Shown here: positions 49,546 through 59,503 of the stretch, in pieces
How the letters are laid out: each line of letters opens with the position of its first letter
Numbering within the stretch: the stretch's first letter is position 1
IMG/VR virus record: IMGVR_UViG_3300028833_000112
Coordinates: 30,212-94,211 of that record
Direction: 5' to 3' (one strand)
Length of the DNA: 64,000 bases
DNA from: a virus
Lineage: Duplodnaviria; Caudoviricetes
Position numbers and translations under genes: made by a program
The notes under the pieces: generated by a model
The model's input: the letters and a program-made list of their open reading frames with translations, nothing else
Database searches by the model: none
Told to the model about the DNA's origin: nothing

Positions 49546-50092
49546 GAAGCAGGACGGGGCGGGGCAACCCGCCCTTGGTGAAAGAAAGGCGGAGTGAATA
49601 TGGCACGGGCAGATTTTCTCGAAAAAGCAATTGCGTTGCACGGGGATGCACGGGCGCGAGCCAACGACGCTTACGCCACAATGCTTGAAGCCTCGGATGA
49701 GGATGAGCGGCGCGCGGCTATGGAAATATTTTTCCGCTGGTCGCAGGCACAAAGCGGTTTGAAATCTGCGATTGAAGTTTTGGTTGGAATGGAGTGAGTA
49801 ATGTGAAGCTCGAAGATTTTGCCAAGCTGAAAAATCTAGTCGAACAAATTTCGGAAATGGTAGCGGACGAATGCTCCGAATCTTGCCGCTTACTCAGCTA
49901 CGTAAAAGGAATCACGGGCAAAGGCAAGGAGTGGGCGAACGTCGATACAGTGTGCGACTGCTGGCTTAATTTAAGCGAGGATTTTAGGTGCGCCTGTGAA
50001 ACTTTGGCTCGGTTAGAAAAATGCGGTGAATGGGTCGAGTGGGACGGCAAAGAGTTAGCGAAAAGCGGCGAATGGGTTTGGACTAGAATGGA

Positions 50093-50548
50093 GTGAGCAG
50101 CGTGAAATATTTGGCTTACGGGGCGAACATGGACGAGGGCATTATGGCTCAGCGGTGCCCGAAAGCGAAATTACTCGGCACGGGCGAATTGGATAATTTC
50201 CGCCTGATGTTCAAAGGGGTTGAGCCGAGAGCCTACGCGACAATCGAAGAGTGGCAAGGATACAAAGTTCCGTTCGTGCTCTGGGAAATTTCCGAGGAGC
50301 ACGAGAAAGCACTTGACCGATTTGAAGGTTACCCGAAAAGTTATCTCAAGCACGTGGTCGAAATTGAATTCGGCGGCGAAAAAGCTTTGGCGATGTATTA
50401 CGCGAAGCCGGAGGAGCAACCCGTCGGGCAGCCGATGACTCACTATATCAGCGTGTTGGAAGAAGCCTACGTGCGGTGGAAATTTAATCGCGCGATTTTG
50501 GATGCCGCGCTGAAACTCAGCGACGATTATTATCAGCGCAATTTTTAA
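50093..50548 (+). CDS. Gamma-glutamylcyclotransferase (AIG2-like)
   Basis: YLAYGANM...RCP...LDRFEGYP. Confidence 0.88.
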   Translation: MSSVKYLAYGANMDEGIMAQRCPKAKLLGTGELDNFRLMFKGVEPRAYATIEEWQGYKVPFVLWEISEEHEKALDRFEGYPKSYLKHVVEIEFGGEKALAMYYAKPEEQPVGQPMTHYISVLEEAYVRWKFNRAILDAALKLSDDYYQRNF

Positions 50549-50560
50549 CGAGGACTCGAA

Positions 50561-51793
50561 ATGAAATTTGATAAAGAATATGGGCGCGTCGGGGCGAATC
50601 GCTACGGCGGCTCTTTTTTTGAAGAATTCTTGCCTGAACTTCGCGGAGCCGACGGCATAAAAATTTACAAAGAGATGAGCGATAACGACGACATGATTGG
50701 CGCGGTGCTCTTTGCGATAAAAATGTTGATTCGGCAGGCGAGCTGGACAGTTCAGCCGCAGGGCACGACCGCCGCCGATAAAAAAGCCGCAGAGTTCGTT
50801 GAATCGTGCTTGCACGATATGTCGTCGACGTGGACGGACACGCTCAGCGAAATTCTTTCCTTCCTGACCTACGGCTGGTCGGTCGTCGAAATTGTTTACA
50901 AACGGCGCATGGGTCGCAAGCGTGACCCGCGTTTGGAGAGTAAATTTGATGACGGCTATATCGGCTGGCAGAAATTGCCGATTCGCGCGCAAGAAAGTTT
51001 GTACGAGTGGGAATTTGACGGTGACGATAATCTGACCGCGTTCGTGCAAATGCCCGCGCCTGATTTTCAGATAATCCGAATCCCCGTCGAAAAAATTTTA
51101 CTGTTCCGCACCGAGAGCCGCAAAGAAAATCCCGAAGGTCGCTCAATCCTCCGCAACGCCTATAAATCTTATTACCACAAGAAACGAATCCAAGAAATTG
51201 AAGGTATTGGCATTGAACGTGACTTGGCGGGCTTCCCATTGCTCATCGCGCCCGAAGGCATGAATATTTGGGAGATGCCAGAAAAATTCGCGGAGGCTAT
51301 GACCTTCGTGCAAAATATTCGGCGGGACGCAATGGAGGGCTTCGTTTTGCCCAGCGGCTGGGAATTGAAATTGCTCTCGACAGGTGGAGCCAGACAATTT
51401 GACACCAACGCCGTGATTCAACGCTACGACCAGGCAATTGCGCGGACGGTGCTCGCCGATTTTATTTTGCTCGGCAGTCAGAACGTCGGAAGCTGGGCGT
51501 TGTCGAGTGACAAAACTCGGCTGTTCGCCATGGCAATCGGCGCATATCTGGATATTGTCACCGAGGTTTTCAATCGTCAGGCGATACCCGCGTTGATTGA
51601 CGTGAACGGAAAAGTTTTCGCCAGGATAACCGATTATCCGCGATTGGAGCACGGAGATATTGAAACGCAGGATTTGAATGCGCTGGCGACTTTCATCAAA
51701 GAAATGGTCGGAATCGGTGCGATAACTCCCGATGAAAATCTGGAAGAATATTTGCGTGAGCAAGCTTCTCTGCCGCAGAATTTGGAGGATTAA
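50561..51793 (+). CDS. Portal protein (DUF935/Mu gp29-like)
   Basis: YGWSVVEIVY, NPEGRSILRNAY, IGIERDLAG, YDQAIARTVL; first gene of the head module. Confidence 0.85.
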   Translation: MKFDKEYGRVGANRYGGSFFEEFLPELRGADGIKIYKEMSDNDDMIGAVLFAIKMLIRQASWTVQPQGTTAADKKAAEFVESCLHDMSSTWTDTLSEILSFLTYGWSVVEIVYKRRMGRKRDPRLESKFDDGYIGWQKLPIRAQESLYEWEFDGDDNLTAFVQMPAPDFQIIRIPVEKILLFRTESRKENPEGRSILRNAYKSYYHKKRIQEIEGIGIERDLAGFPLLIAPEGMNIWEMPEKFAEAMTFVQNIRRDAMEGFVLPSGWELKLLSTGGARQFDTNAVIQRYDQAIARTVLADFILLGSQNVGSWALSSDKTRLFAMAIGAYLDIVTEVFNRQAIPALIDVNGKVFARITDYPRLEHGDIETQDLNALATFIKEMVGIGAITPDENLEEYLREQASLPQNLED

Positions 51794-51828
51794 TTTTTAC
51801 GCAGGAGCTTTTTTAATTTGGAGGAGCA

Positions 51829-53121
51829 ATGATAGTTTTTCGGAAGGCGCGGAATCCGCAGCAGACGCTCAATGACTTGGACGCGTATTTGCGGACGGTC
51901 GGAGATAAGCCTGTGCGTTGGCTGGCACGCGAAGTGCAATCGTGGGGCGAATTCAGCTACGACGAAATTGCCGCGTTGATTGAGAACGGACAGCTGGACG
52001 CGCTGATTGATTGGCAGGAACGTTGGGCGGGCGTCGTGAATCAAACCTTGGCTCCGATGTGGACAAAGGCAATCGAGGAGGCGTCGCGCAAGGCAACCAA
52101 GGGCATGACCGTCCTTTCCGACAGCAACGATTATGTCAAGGCGTGGGTGAACAGTCACGGCGGCGAGTTAATCACTTTGCTCAGCGATGAAAGCCGCAAA
52201 GCAATTTCAAATATCCTGCTCCGTGGTCAAGGCTTGCGAATGGCACCGCGCGATATTGCAAAAGATATTCGTCCGCTGATTGGACTGACTGACAGGCAAG
52301 CTCAGGCGAACGTCAAGTACAAAGACCGCGTTTATCAGAAATATTTGGACAACGGCTTGAGTGAATCAAAGGCGCGCGAGAGGTCGGAGGCGGCGGCACT
52401 CAAGTACGCGGGCAAGCAACATCGTTATCGCGCCGAATCGATTGTGCTCACGGAAAATGCGTTCGCCTATAATCGCGGGGCGCACATGGGCGTGAGTCAA
52501 TCAATCGCGGATGGCTACATGGGACGCTGCGAAATGGTGTGGACGACTGCCGGGACAAATCGCGTGTGCGGGCGTTGCATGGAGCTCAAGGATACCGTGG
52601 TTGGCTACACTGACCAGAGCGGAGTGACAATTCCGCCGTTGCACCCGCGTTGCCGTTGCGCTATCATGTACCGCGAGGTCGGCATACCGAGAGTAATGCA
52701 GTCGAAGCCGAAGCCTGAAAGCGGACTACAAAGACCGTCAGCAAATAGAGGCGCATTTGCTCACTTGGAAGTGCCAATGCAACTGCGAGCGGTTAAGCAA
52801 ATTTGTCACAAATATGGCGTCAAAATATCTGAACTCAAAATAAAAATTCAGCGAAGGGAAGAATGGCTGACGGCAAAATACAAATATGCAGGAATGACGG
52901 ACTACTACGACATTGGGCGAATAGATTTAACTCCTCACGCATTTGCCAATGAAGAAGAACTTTTGCGGACTGTTATTCATGAAGGGTGCCATGTTAAGCA
53001 ACTGAAAAAATATGGGCGAGAATATGCACAAGAACATATAAATCGAATGGAACAAGTGGCAGAACGATACGAAAAATTATTCTTGCGAATAGTAAAAAGG
53101 AGGAAACAACATGCCTCGTAA
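51829..53121 (+). CDS. MuF-like minor head protein with a C-terminal HExxH extension
   Basis: VCGRC...PPLHPRCRC MuF motif, then an AT-rich tail with LLRTVIHEGCH. Confidence 0.8.
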   Translation: MIVFRKARNPQQTLNDLDAYLRTVGDKPVRWLAREVQSWGEFSYDEIAALIENGQLDALIDWQERWAGVVNQTLAPMWTKAIEEASRKATKGMTVLSDSNDYVKAWVNSHGGELITLLSDESRKAISNILLRGQGLRMAPRDIAKDIRPLIGLTDRQAQANVKYKDRVYQKYLDNGLSESKARERSEAAALKYAGKQHRYRAESIVLTENAFAYNRGAHMGVSQSIADGYMGRCEMVWTTAGTNRVCGRCMELKDTVVGYTDQSGVTIPPLHPRCRCAIMYREVGIPRVMQSKPKPESGLQRPSANRGAFAHLEVPMQLRAVKQICHKYGVKISELKIKIQRREEWLTAKYKYAGMTDYYDIGRIDLTPHAFANEEELLRTVIHEGCHVKQLKKYGREYAQEHINRMEQVAERYEKLFLRIVKRRKQHAS

Positions 53122-53374
53122 AACCAAACGTCAGAGATGGATAGATGAAATTTTGGCGTTTGCGAATGGAAGAGAACCGACTTGTCCATTTTGTGGTGCT
53201 CATAATTTTGAGGTCGGTTATCTCGAATTGAATACTAAAGAACATTTGGGTTGGGGCGCAGTCTGGTGTGAAGAATGTCGGAGTGCTTTTACTTTAAGTC
53301 GCGTTATTTTGACGGATGAAGAATCACGAAAAAAAATCGTGTCCGCTCTGCCTGTCAATTTGAAATTTATTTAA
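53111..53374 (+). CDS. Small zinc-ribbon protein (candidate immunity partner)
   Basis: CPFC...CEEC; overlaps the MuF stop; same low GC as the MuF tail. Confidence 0.6.
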   Translation: MPRKTKRQRWIDEILAFANGREPTCPFCGAHNFEVGYLELNTKEHLGWGAVWCEECRSAFTLSRVILTDEESRKKIVSALPVNLKFI

Positions 53375-53466
53375 GGAGGAACAATGATTTACAACGAAGA
53401 CTGCTTGGAGGAATAGCAGTTCGTCGGCTCATGAAACATGGTGTTGAATTTTGAGGAGTGATAGGT

Positions 53467-53766
53467 ATGGAATTAAACGAACGTGAAGCTCATTGTGTGG
53501 CGCGACTGTTGCAGGGCGCAATCTTGGGAGAAAATGTTCTGACGGGTTGTGATTATTGCAAAAATCGTTGTTACGAAACTCAATGGGATATACTTTATAA
53601 AATAAGAGAACGCCTGACTGAAGAGACAGGCGTTGAACTCGGTAATTTCTATTACGGCACATTGCCGCATTCAGATTTCCCTTACAAAATGTTTCTTAAA
53701 AACGCGAGTGATAAAGTTAAAGATTATTACCGCGCTCGCTTCAATTATCTTGTTGAAAATATTTAG
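53467..53766 (+). CDS. Hypothetical protein, paralog of 60186..60500
   Basis: EAHCVARLLQGA...GCDYCK...ETGV...LPHS. Confidence 0.7.
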   Translation: MELNEREAHCVARLLQGAILGENVLTGCDYCKNRCYETQWDILYKIRERLTEETGVELGNFYYGTLPHSDFPYKMFLKNASDKVKDYYRARFNYLVENI

Positions 53767-54189
53767 CTACAATCTCTTCGCCAGTGGGACAACGACCATG
53801 TTTTTGGCGAAAGGAGCAAATGAATTCAAATTTACATCTACGCGGTTTAGGCATATAGCCGATTTGAGGGCTACCTATTGGTTGGTACTTGGTACCTTCG
53901 CTTATAAACGGTTCACCAAGTTCCAACGAAAGGCAAAAAATTTCACTAAGCGGGAGCATTTAATTCACCTCCTTTCTTCGTGTGATGGGCGATTCACCTC
54001 CTTTAGCGCGAGTGTACCGAAGGCGAATGAATTTTTCTTGGAGTGATGATAATGATTTAATGGCAGGTATCAGCGCGTCGGTGGCGAAGAATCAATTGCT
54101 TTGTAGGAGTTAGTGTCATAATTATCAACGTGAGTCGCACCCCTTCTCGCGGGGGTGTAGCTAAAGGGTTCTTAAAACCGCGAGAAATT

Positions 54190-54217
54190 CAAAGCTCACT
54201 TCGGTGGGCTTTTTTAT
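54190..54217 (+). terminator. Rho-independent terminator
   Basis: AAAGCTCAC-TTCG-GTGGGCTTTTTT. Confidence 0.75.
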
Positions 54218-54281
54218 TGGAGTGATTGAAGTGTTGGGTTATTCATTTACTTGGTTAACAAATTCAGAGGAGGAAAAAATT

Positions 54282-54551
54282 ATGTTTGGGAAATTGAACT
54301 TGGAAGAATTCACGGGACTCACGAGCATGCCGCAGAGGATAGCTTCCGCGTGGGCAGGCGCATGCGAGGGATTGGTTGGCGCAAGCTATAAACCGCTTCT
54401 CTTCTACGCGACGCAGCTGGTCAAAGGCACGAACTACTACTTCATCGCTGAGCAGACTCTTATCACGAATCCGATTATCCGCCGCGTGGTCAAACTCGTC
54501 ATTAACGAATTCGAGGGCAAGTATGAACTCGTCGACGTCACGGAGATTTAA
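54282..54551 (+). CDS. Hypothetical protein
   Basis: GAGGAGG RBS; GLVGASYKPLLFYATQLVKGTNY. Confidence 0.7.
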   Translation: MFGKLNLEEFTGLTSMPQRIASAWAGACEGLVGASYKPLLFYATQLVKGTNYYFIAEQTLITNPIIRRVVKLVINEFEGKYELVDVTEI

Positions 54552-54554
54552 ATC

Positions 54555-54938
54555 ATGAAACTCACGGGCAAGATAGCCAAGCGTGACGACGAAAAATTTC
54601 TTGTGTTCGGGTATGCGTCGATGGCGGACGTGACCGACAGCCAAGGCGACGTAATTTCAATTGAGACACTGGAGAAAGCCGCGTATAATTTTGTGCTTTA
54701 CAGCCGCATGGGCGGAGAAATGCATGAAGTCGTGGGCGTGTCGACGTTGGTTGAATCGATTGTGTTCACGAAAGAAAAACTCGCGTTGCTCGGCTTGGCA
54801 GAAGACGCATTACCGCCCGGCTGGTGGGTCGGTTTCAAAGTCCATGACACCGAGACTTGGCAGAAGATAAAGAATGGTGCTTACAACGACTTCTCCATTG
54901 GCGGGCGTGCGATAAGGGAGGCAGTTTCAAAACCGTAA
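54555..54938 (+). CDS. XkdF-like putative prohead serine protease
   Basis: LVFGYAS...DSQGD...LEKAAYNF...MH...GWWVG...IKNGAYNDFSIGG. Confidence 0.85.
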   Translation: MKLTGKIAKRDDEKFLVFGYASMADVTDSQGDVISIETLEKAAYNFVLYSRMGGEMHEVVGVSTLVESIVFTKEKLALLGLAEDALPPGWWVGFKVHDTETWQKIKNGAYNDFSIGGRAIREAVSKP

Positions 54939-55103
54939 ACGGTAAGGAGACATGCATAACGCATTGGTGAAAAATTTTTCATTCCGAAACGTGGCGGGCA
55001 AGTTTCAAAACCGTAAATGGTAAGGAGATATGTTGCGACACCTTGAGGTGCTCGGTCATGATGGCAGTGGGCTTGTCTAGTTTCAAAACCGTAAACGGTA
55101 AGG
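54924..55103 (-). CRISPR. Cas-less CRISPR mini-array: 3 repeats (last one partial), 2 spacers
   Basis: GTTTCAAAACCGTAAA(C/T)GGTAAGG at 54924, 55002 and 55080 (78-nt period); spacers 41 and 40 nt; the middle repeat reads GTCGCAACATATCTCCTTACCATTTACGGTTTTGAAAC on the minus strand. Confidence 0.85.
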
Positions 55104-55116
55104 GAGGCGGTCAGCG

Positions 55117-55800
55117 ATGAATGAGCTGAAAGAATTGGAAGTGGACGAAGTGAGCTTAGTGGACGCCGGGGCGAATCCCGAAGCGCACATCGTTTTCTTT
55201 AAACGTAAGGAGGAAAAATCTATGGCAAAGAAAGAAACGGCGGCTGAGGTCGTCAAGCAGGAAGAGTTGCAGTTGGAGGTCACAAAGACTGCGGAGCCGA
55301 CGGTTGACGCGGAGAAGGACGAACTCCAAAAGCGTGTCGCCGAACTCGAAGCACAATTGGCTGAACGTGACGCGGCAGAGAAAGCGGCAGTCGAAAAGGC
55401 GGCTCAAGAAAAATTGGCGGCGGACAACGCGGAAATTTCTGCGGCGTTCGAACGGCTCAATCAACGCTTTGAAGCATACGTGGCGAAGGCGGAGGAGTCC
55501 GAATTGCTCAAGACCGCGTCGAAGTATGAAATCCTCGGCGAGAAGGCTGAAGAACTTGCGCCCGTGCTCAAGAAGATGAAAGCGGCGGGCGTTTACGACG
55601 AGTACATCAGCAAGCTTGACCGCGAACTCGCGCTCGTGAAGAAATCGGGCACGTTCGACGAAATCGGCAAGACCGGCGCGGGCTATGCTCAGGCGTCAAT
55701 CGAAAGCATTGCAAAAAAACTCATGGAAGCTGACCCGAAACTCTCTGAACGCGCGGCAATCGATAAAGCCTTCCAGCTTCATCCTGAACTCGAATATTGA
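55117..55800 (+). CDS. Capsid scaffold-like protein
   Basis: EVSLVDAGAN N-terminus; long coiled coil; upstream of the capsid genes. Confidence 0.7.
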   Translation: MNELKELEVDEVSLVDAGANPEAHIVFFKRKEEKSMAKKETAAEVVKQEELQLEVTKTAEPTVDAEKDELQKRVAELEAQLAERDAAEKAAVEKAAQEKLAADNAEISAAFERLNQRFEAYVAKAEESELLKTASKYEILGEKAEELAPVLKKMKAAGVYDEYISKLDRELALVKKSGTFDEIGKTGAGYAQASIESIAKKLMEADPKLSERAAIDKAFQLHPELEY

Positions 55801-56014
55801 GGTGCGGCATGAACGGCGTGGAATTTGAAGTGGAAGTGACCAGCGTCAAGCAGGCGCAAGAACAATTCGCGGCGATTCGTGAGGCGTTCGGCGAGGACAC
55901 TTTCATTAAATTTACTCTCGTCGCGGGCGACAAAAGCCGTGTGCTCAAAACGCTCGACGAGTCAATAAAAAAGACCGCGGAGGAAATCGCGGCGAAACTT
56001 AGGAGGAAAGACTC

Positions 56015-56395
56015 ATGATTTACACATACTCGATGATTGACGATTCGCCGACCAGAGTGTTTGCGGCAAGTGCAGGCCTCACGGGCGCGCGCTTCACTGC
56101 CGTAACTCTCGGCGAAAATGGCGTTGCTACTTCGGCGGCGGGCGATGTTCCGATTGGAATTCTTATCGCTGAAACCGAACTGCCCGTTGTTCAGGGCGAA
56201 GAAGTCGGCGTTCAAGTCAAGGGCGGCTCGATGTGGCTGGTCGCCGAGGAAGTTAAAGCCGGAGATTTGCTCGCGGCGGGCGAAGGTGGCAAGGCTGTTA
56301 AGGCGACGTCGGGCACATTTGCTCTGGCTCAAGCACTCGAAAACGCGGCGGCGGGCGGCACTGCTCACGTGCTCATTGTCCGCTGCAAAGCTTAA
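56015..56395 (+). CDS. Head decoration/cement protein (DUF2190-like)
   Basis: Ala/Gly-rich; VKAGDLL...GKAVKA...ALENAAAG; directly upstream of the capsid gene. Confidence 0.7.
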   Translation: MIYTYSMIDDSPTRVFAASAGLTGARFTAVTLGENGVATSAAGDVPIGILIAETELPVVQGEEVGVQVKGGSMWLVAEEVKAGDLLAAGEGGKAVKATSGTFALAQALENAAAGGTAHVLIVRCKA

Positions 56396-56407
56396 GGAGG
56401 AATAATC

Positions 56408-57436
56408 ATGGAAATCAAAACTGGCATTGACGTTCACAAGCTGGAGCTCAGAAAGGCACTCGGCACTTACAAGCCGATAACGTACCTCTCCAATATCGCC
56501 GTGATGTACTTCGAGGAGCCCACATTCGCGCACAGAAGAATTTTCCCAATTTGTCCCGTCGCTGTTCCGTCGGGGCATTTTTATACATTCAGCAAAGGCG
56601 ACCTTGCGCGCGATAACGTTGGCTTGAAGCCGCCTTACGGGAAAGTTGCGCCGGCAGTCTTCGGTATCAGCAACCAATCTTACAGCTGCCAAGTTTATCA
56701 GATTATTATCGGGCTCGACCAGATTTTGACTCTGCCTTACATGCGCACGAACGCGACCGTTGACCCGCGTCGCATGCGTGTCCGCACAATCAGCGAACAG
56801 CTTGCCCATCATCAGGAATTGGACTTCGCGAAGAAATTCTTCAACGCCACGGCTTGGGATAACACTTGGACGGGCGCGGCTTCCGCTGACCCCGACAACA
56901 AGAAGTTCAAGAAATTTGATAACAGCGATGTCGACCCCGTGGTTTTCTTCGACGAGAGAATCACCGATATCCGCCGCAGTGGTCGCCGCAAACCCAACAA
57001 GCTTGCTCTCGGCATCGACACCTTCAACGCGCTCAAGAACAATCAATTCATTCTCGACCGAATCAAATACAGCGGCACGACTCAAAACCCCGCTATTGTG
57101 AATGAAAATGTTCTCGCGCAAGTTTTTGGCGTCGACGAAGTTGTTGTCCTCGACGCGACTTATAACGCCGCTGAATTCGGTGCACCTGAAAAAATGGAAT
57201 TCATTTGCGACAGCAAAGGCGCGTTGCTCCTCTATACACCTGCTGCTCCGTCAATCGACGAACCGTCTGCGGGCTATTGCTTCTCTTATCTGCTCGACAA
57301 CAATAACTACATCGGCGTTTCAACTTATGAGGGCGCGCCCGGCGAACACACAGAACTCATGGAAGGGCTTATTGCTTACGACGAGCAAATCACCGGTCAG
57401 GATTTGGCAATTTACATGACGGATTGTGTGGGATGA
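56408..57436 (+). CDS. Major capsid protein
   Basis: 342 aa; YLSNIAV.Y, IFPICPV, RKPNKLALG, RIKY; position and codon bias. Confidence 0.8.
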   Translation: MEIKTGIDVHKLELRKALGTYKPITYLSNIAVMYFEEPTFAHRRIFPICPVAVPSGHFYTFSKGDLARDNVGLKPPYGKVAPAVFGISNQSYSCQVYQIIIGLDQILTLPYMRTNATVDPRRMRVRTISEQLAHHQELDFAKKFFNATAWDNTWTGAASADPDNKKFKKFDNSDVDPVVFFDERITDIRRSGRRKPNKLALGIDTFNALKNNQFILDRIKYSGTTQNPAIVNENVLAQVFGVDEVVVLDATYNAAEFGAPEKMEFICDSKGALLLYTPAAPSIDEPSAGYCFSYLLDNNNYIGVSTYEGAPGEHTELMEGLIAYDEQITGQDLAIYMTDCVG

Positions 57437-57627
57437 TATGATGATTCGGGCATTGAAAAGTTGCCGCTTCATGGGCAAGAATTATTCGGCGGGTGACCGC
57501 GTGCCCGAAGCAGCAATCGAAAAGAAAATGATTGGCGCGCTCGTCCGCATGAAACTAATCGCGCTGGAGGACGAGCCGCCGCCCGCTCCCAAACCTAAAC
57601 CCAAACCGAAGGCGAGGGCGAAACAAG

Positions 57628-58026
57628 ATGACTTACTCATACGACCCGACACAGATTAACGACGGCGGACTTAATCAGGCACGCTTCACCATGGGCGACG
57701 TGTTCGTCAAGGAGCCCGAAAAAGATTCGTACTTGAGCGACGAAGAATATCTTGCCGTGCTCTCGACGGACGATTCATGGAAAAGAAAAATGCTCCGCCT
57801 CGTCGAAACTTTGCTTTTGCGTTTCAGTTATGAGGTCGACACTGAAATCCGTGAAGCCAAGTGGTCGTTACATCAACGCGTTGACTTTTGGGAGAAATTG
57901 CGCAAGCGGCTGGCTGATGAAATCGCTGAGGAGGATTCAGTCGCCGCTTTTGGTTTCGCGGGCAGGAAACAACGTCCGCCTGCGTTTTGGATTGGGCAGT
58001 TCGATAATCGTCGGAGGGCAAGATAA
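57628..58026 (+). CDS. Head-tail adaptor-like protein
   Basis: MTYSYDP...RFTMGD...LSDEE; position. Confidence 0.6.
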   Translation: MTYSYDPTQINDGGLNQARFTMGDVFVKEPEKDSYLSDEEYLAVLSTDDSWKRKMLRLVETLLLRFSYEVDTEIREAKWSLHQRVDFWEKLRKRLADEIAEEDSVAAFGFAGRKQRPPAFWIGQFDNRRRAR

Positions 58027-58358
58027 TGTACCTGCGTCCCAGAACGCTGTTCGAAAAATTTCTCGTGCATGAAAAAATCACTCGGCTTGATGAAATCGGT
58101 CACCCGCGCGTTGAATTCAAACCCACGGGTGAAATTCTTTTCGGAGCCGTGAGCATAACCACGCCCGCTGAAGTTGAAAAGTACAAAGCCCTGCGGCACG
58201 AGGTTAGTCACACGATTGTACAGCGCGGCGGCAGACCTATGGCTCGCGTCGGAGATTTGCTCGTCAACGCGCACGAAAAATTTCTTGTGCAAGACGTCGA
58301 AACCGTTGCGGGCGGTCAGTGGTATTGGTATCAAGTCAATCGGAGGAGTGATTTGTAA
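58026..58358 (+). CDS. Head closure-like protein
   Basis: Position; HEVSHTIVQRG...VGDLL. Confidence 0.55.
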   Translation: MYLRPRTLFEKFLVHEKITRLDEIGHPRVEFKPTGEILFGAVSITTPAEVEKYKALRHEVSHTIVQRGGRPMARVGDLLVNAHEKFLVQDVETVAGGQWYWYQVNRRSDL

Positions 58359-58783
58359 TGTCCCCTGCAGCCGGAGCGCAAGCTTTAGAAATCGAAGTGG
58401 AAAAGACTGTTGAGGAAATCAACGCGGCGGCAATCAGTCGTGGAGACCGCGCTTTGAACGTCATGCGCAACGTTGAAATTGAAACACTCAGTAAAGAAGG
58501 TTCGGGTAGAGTGTATAAGCGCGGCAAAAAAGGTTTTCAGGTAGCTTCAGCACCTGGCGAAACCCCGGCACCAGATTCTGGCACCTTACGGCGCGATTGG
58601 GTGCCACAGAAATTAATCGGCAGGAATGGCGGCGGCGTCCGAATTATCCTTCGCTTGACGAGTAGCGTCTTTTATCAAACATTCTTGGAGCGCGGCACAA
58701 CGCGTATGGCTCCACGCCCGCACATGGAAAAAATCAAGCAAAAATCTATCCCGCAAGTCGCGACGCTGTTCAGCAACCTTTGA
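58358..58783 (+). CDS. HK97 gp10-like neck protein
   Basis: ASAPGETPAPDSGTLRR...FLERGTTRMAPRP. Confidence 0.8.
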   Translation: MSPAAGAQALEIEVEKTVEEINAAAISRGDRALNVMRNVEIETLSKEGSGRVYKRGKKGFQVASAPGETPAPDSGTLRRDWVPQKLIGRNGGGVRIILRLTSSVFYQTFLERGTTRMAPRPHMEKIKQKSIPQVATLFSNL

Positions 58784-59503
58784 GGTGGTCATATGAAAAA
58801 TTTTCTTTTGCAGATGTGGCGCATGCTGTCTGTCGGTTTGGAGAGTTTTGATTTGAATCAACGCCGCCGCAGTCAACGCATAGACACCGTAAAAAAAGAT
58901 ATGGACGCATGGCGGGGAGTCGGGCAAAGGCTGAAACGCTCGGCTGATAAAGTAATGAAGCAAGAGGTATCGACATGGAATTTGTAACGACGGGCGAGCG
59001 CACAGTGTTCGCAGATGACGTGATAAAAAATCGCGGGCTGATTCGCGCAAAACATTTCACGTGGGAGGAGCCGCGAAACGGATTAATCGTTTACGCCGGA
59101 AAAGAGTTTCTCCGCGTGATTTTTTTGACGGGCGTGAACACTTCCGCCAGCTACTTCAACATCAAGGCGAGCGAAGTCGCCGCAGGTCAGTGGGATATTC
59201 GGTGGTCGGCGGACATGGAAAATGTTTGTTTGATGAGAAGTGCCTCGGCGAGCGATTTGGTTACCGAGGTCAGAAAACTTTTTAAAGAGGAGGTTGAGCC
59301 TTAATGGTGACACAATCGGACATTGTGGCTGCTCTCGGCGTGTTTCGGGAGCTTATGCTTGAGGAGAACAAGAAACTGTTCGTGGAAAAGGACGGGGCGA
59401 AAGTTTTATCGACGAATGACTTCACGGACGCACTGAAAGCGAAACTCGATTCGATAACCGAGGAGAAGATTGACGCGGCAGATATCCGCGCGTTGTTCGA
59501 GTC

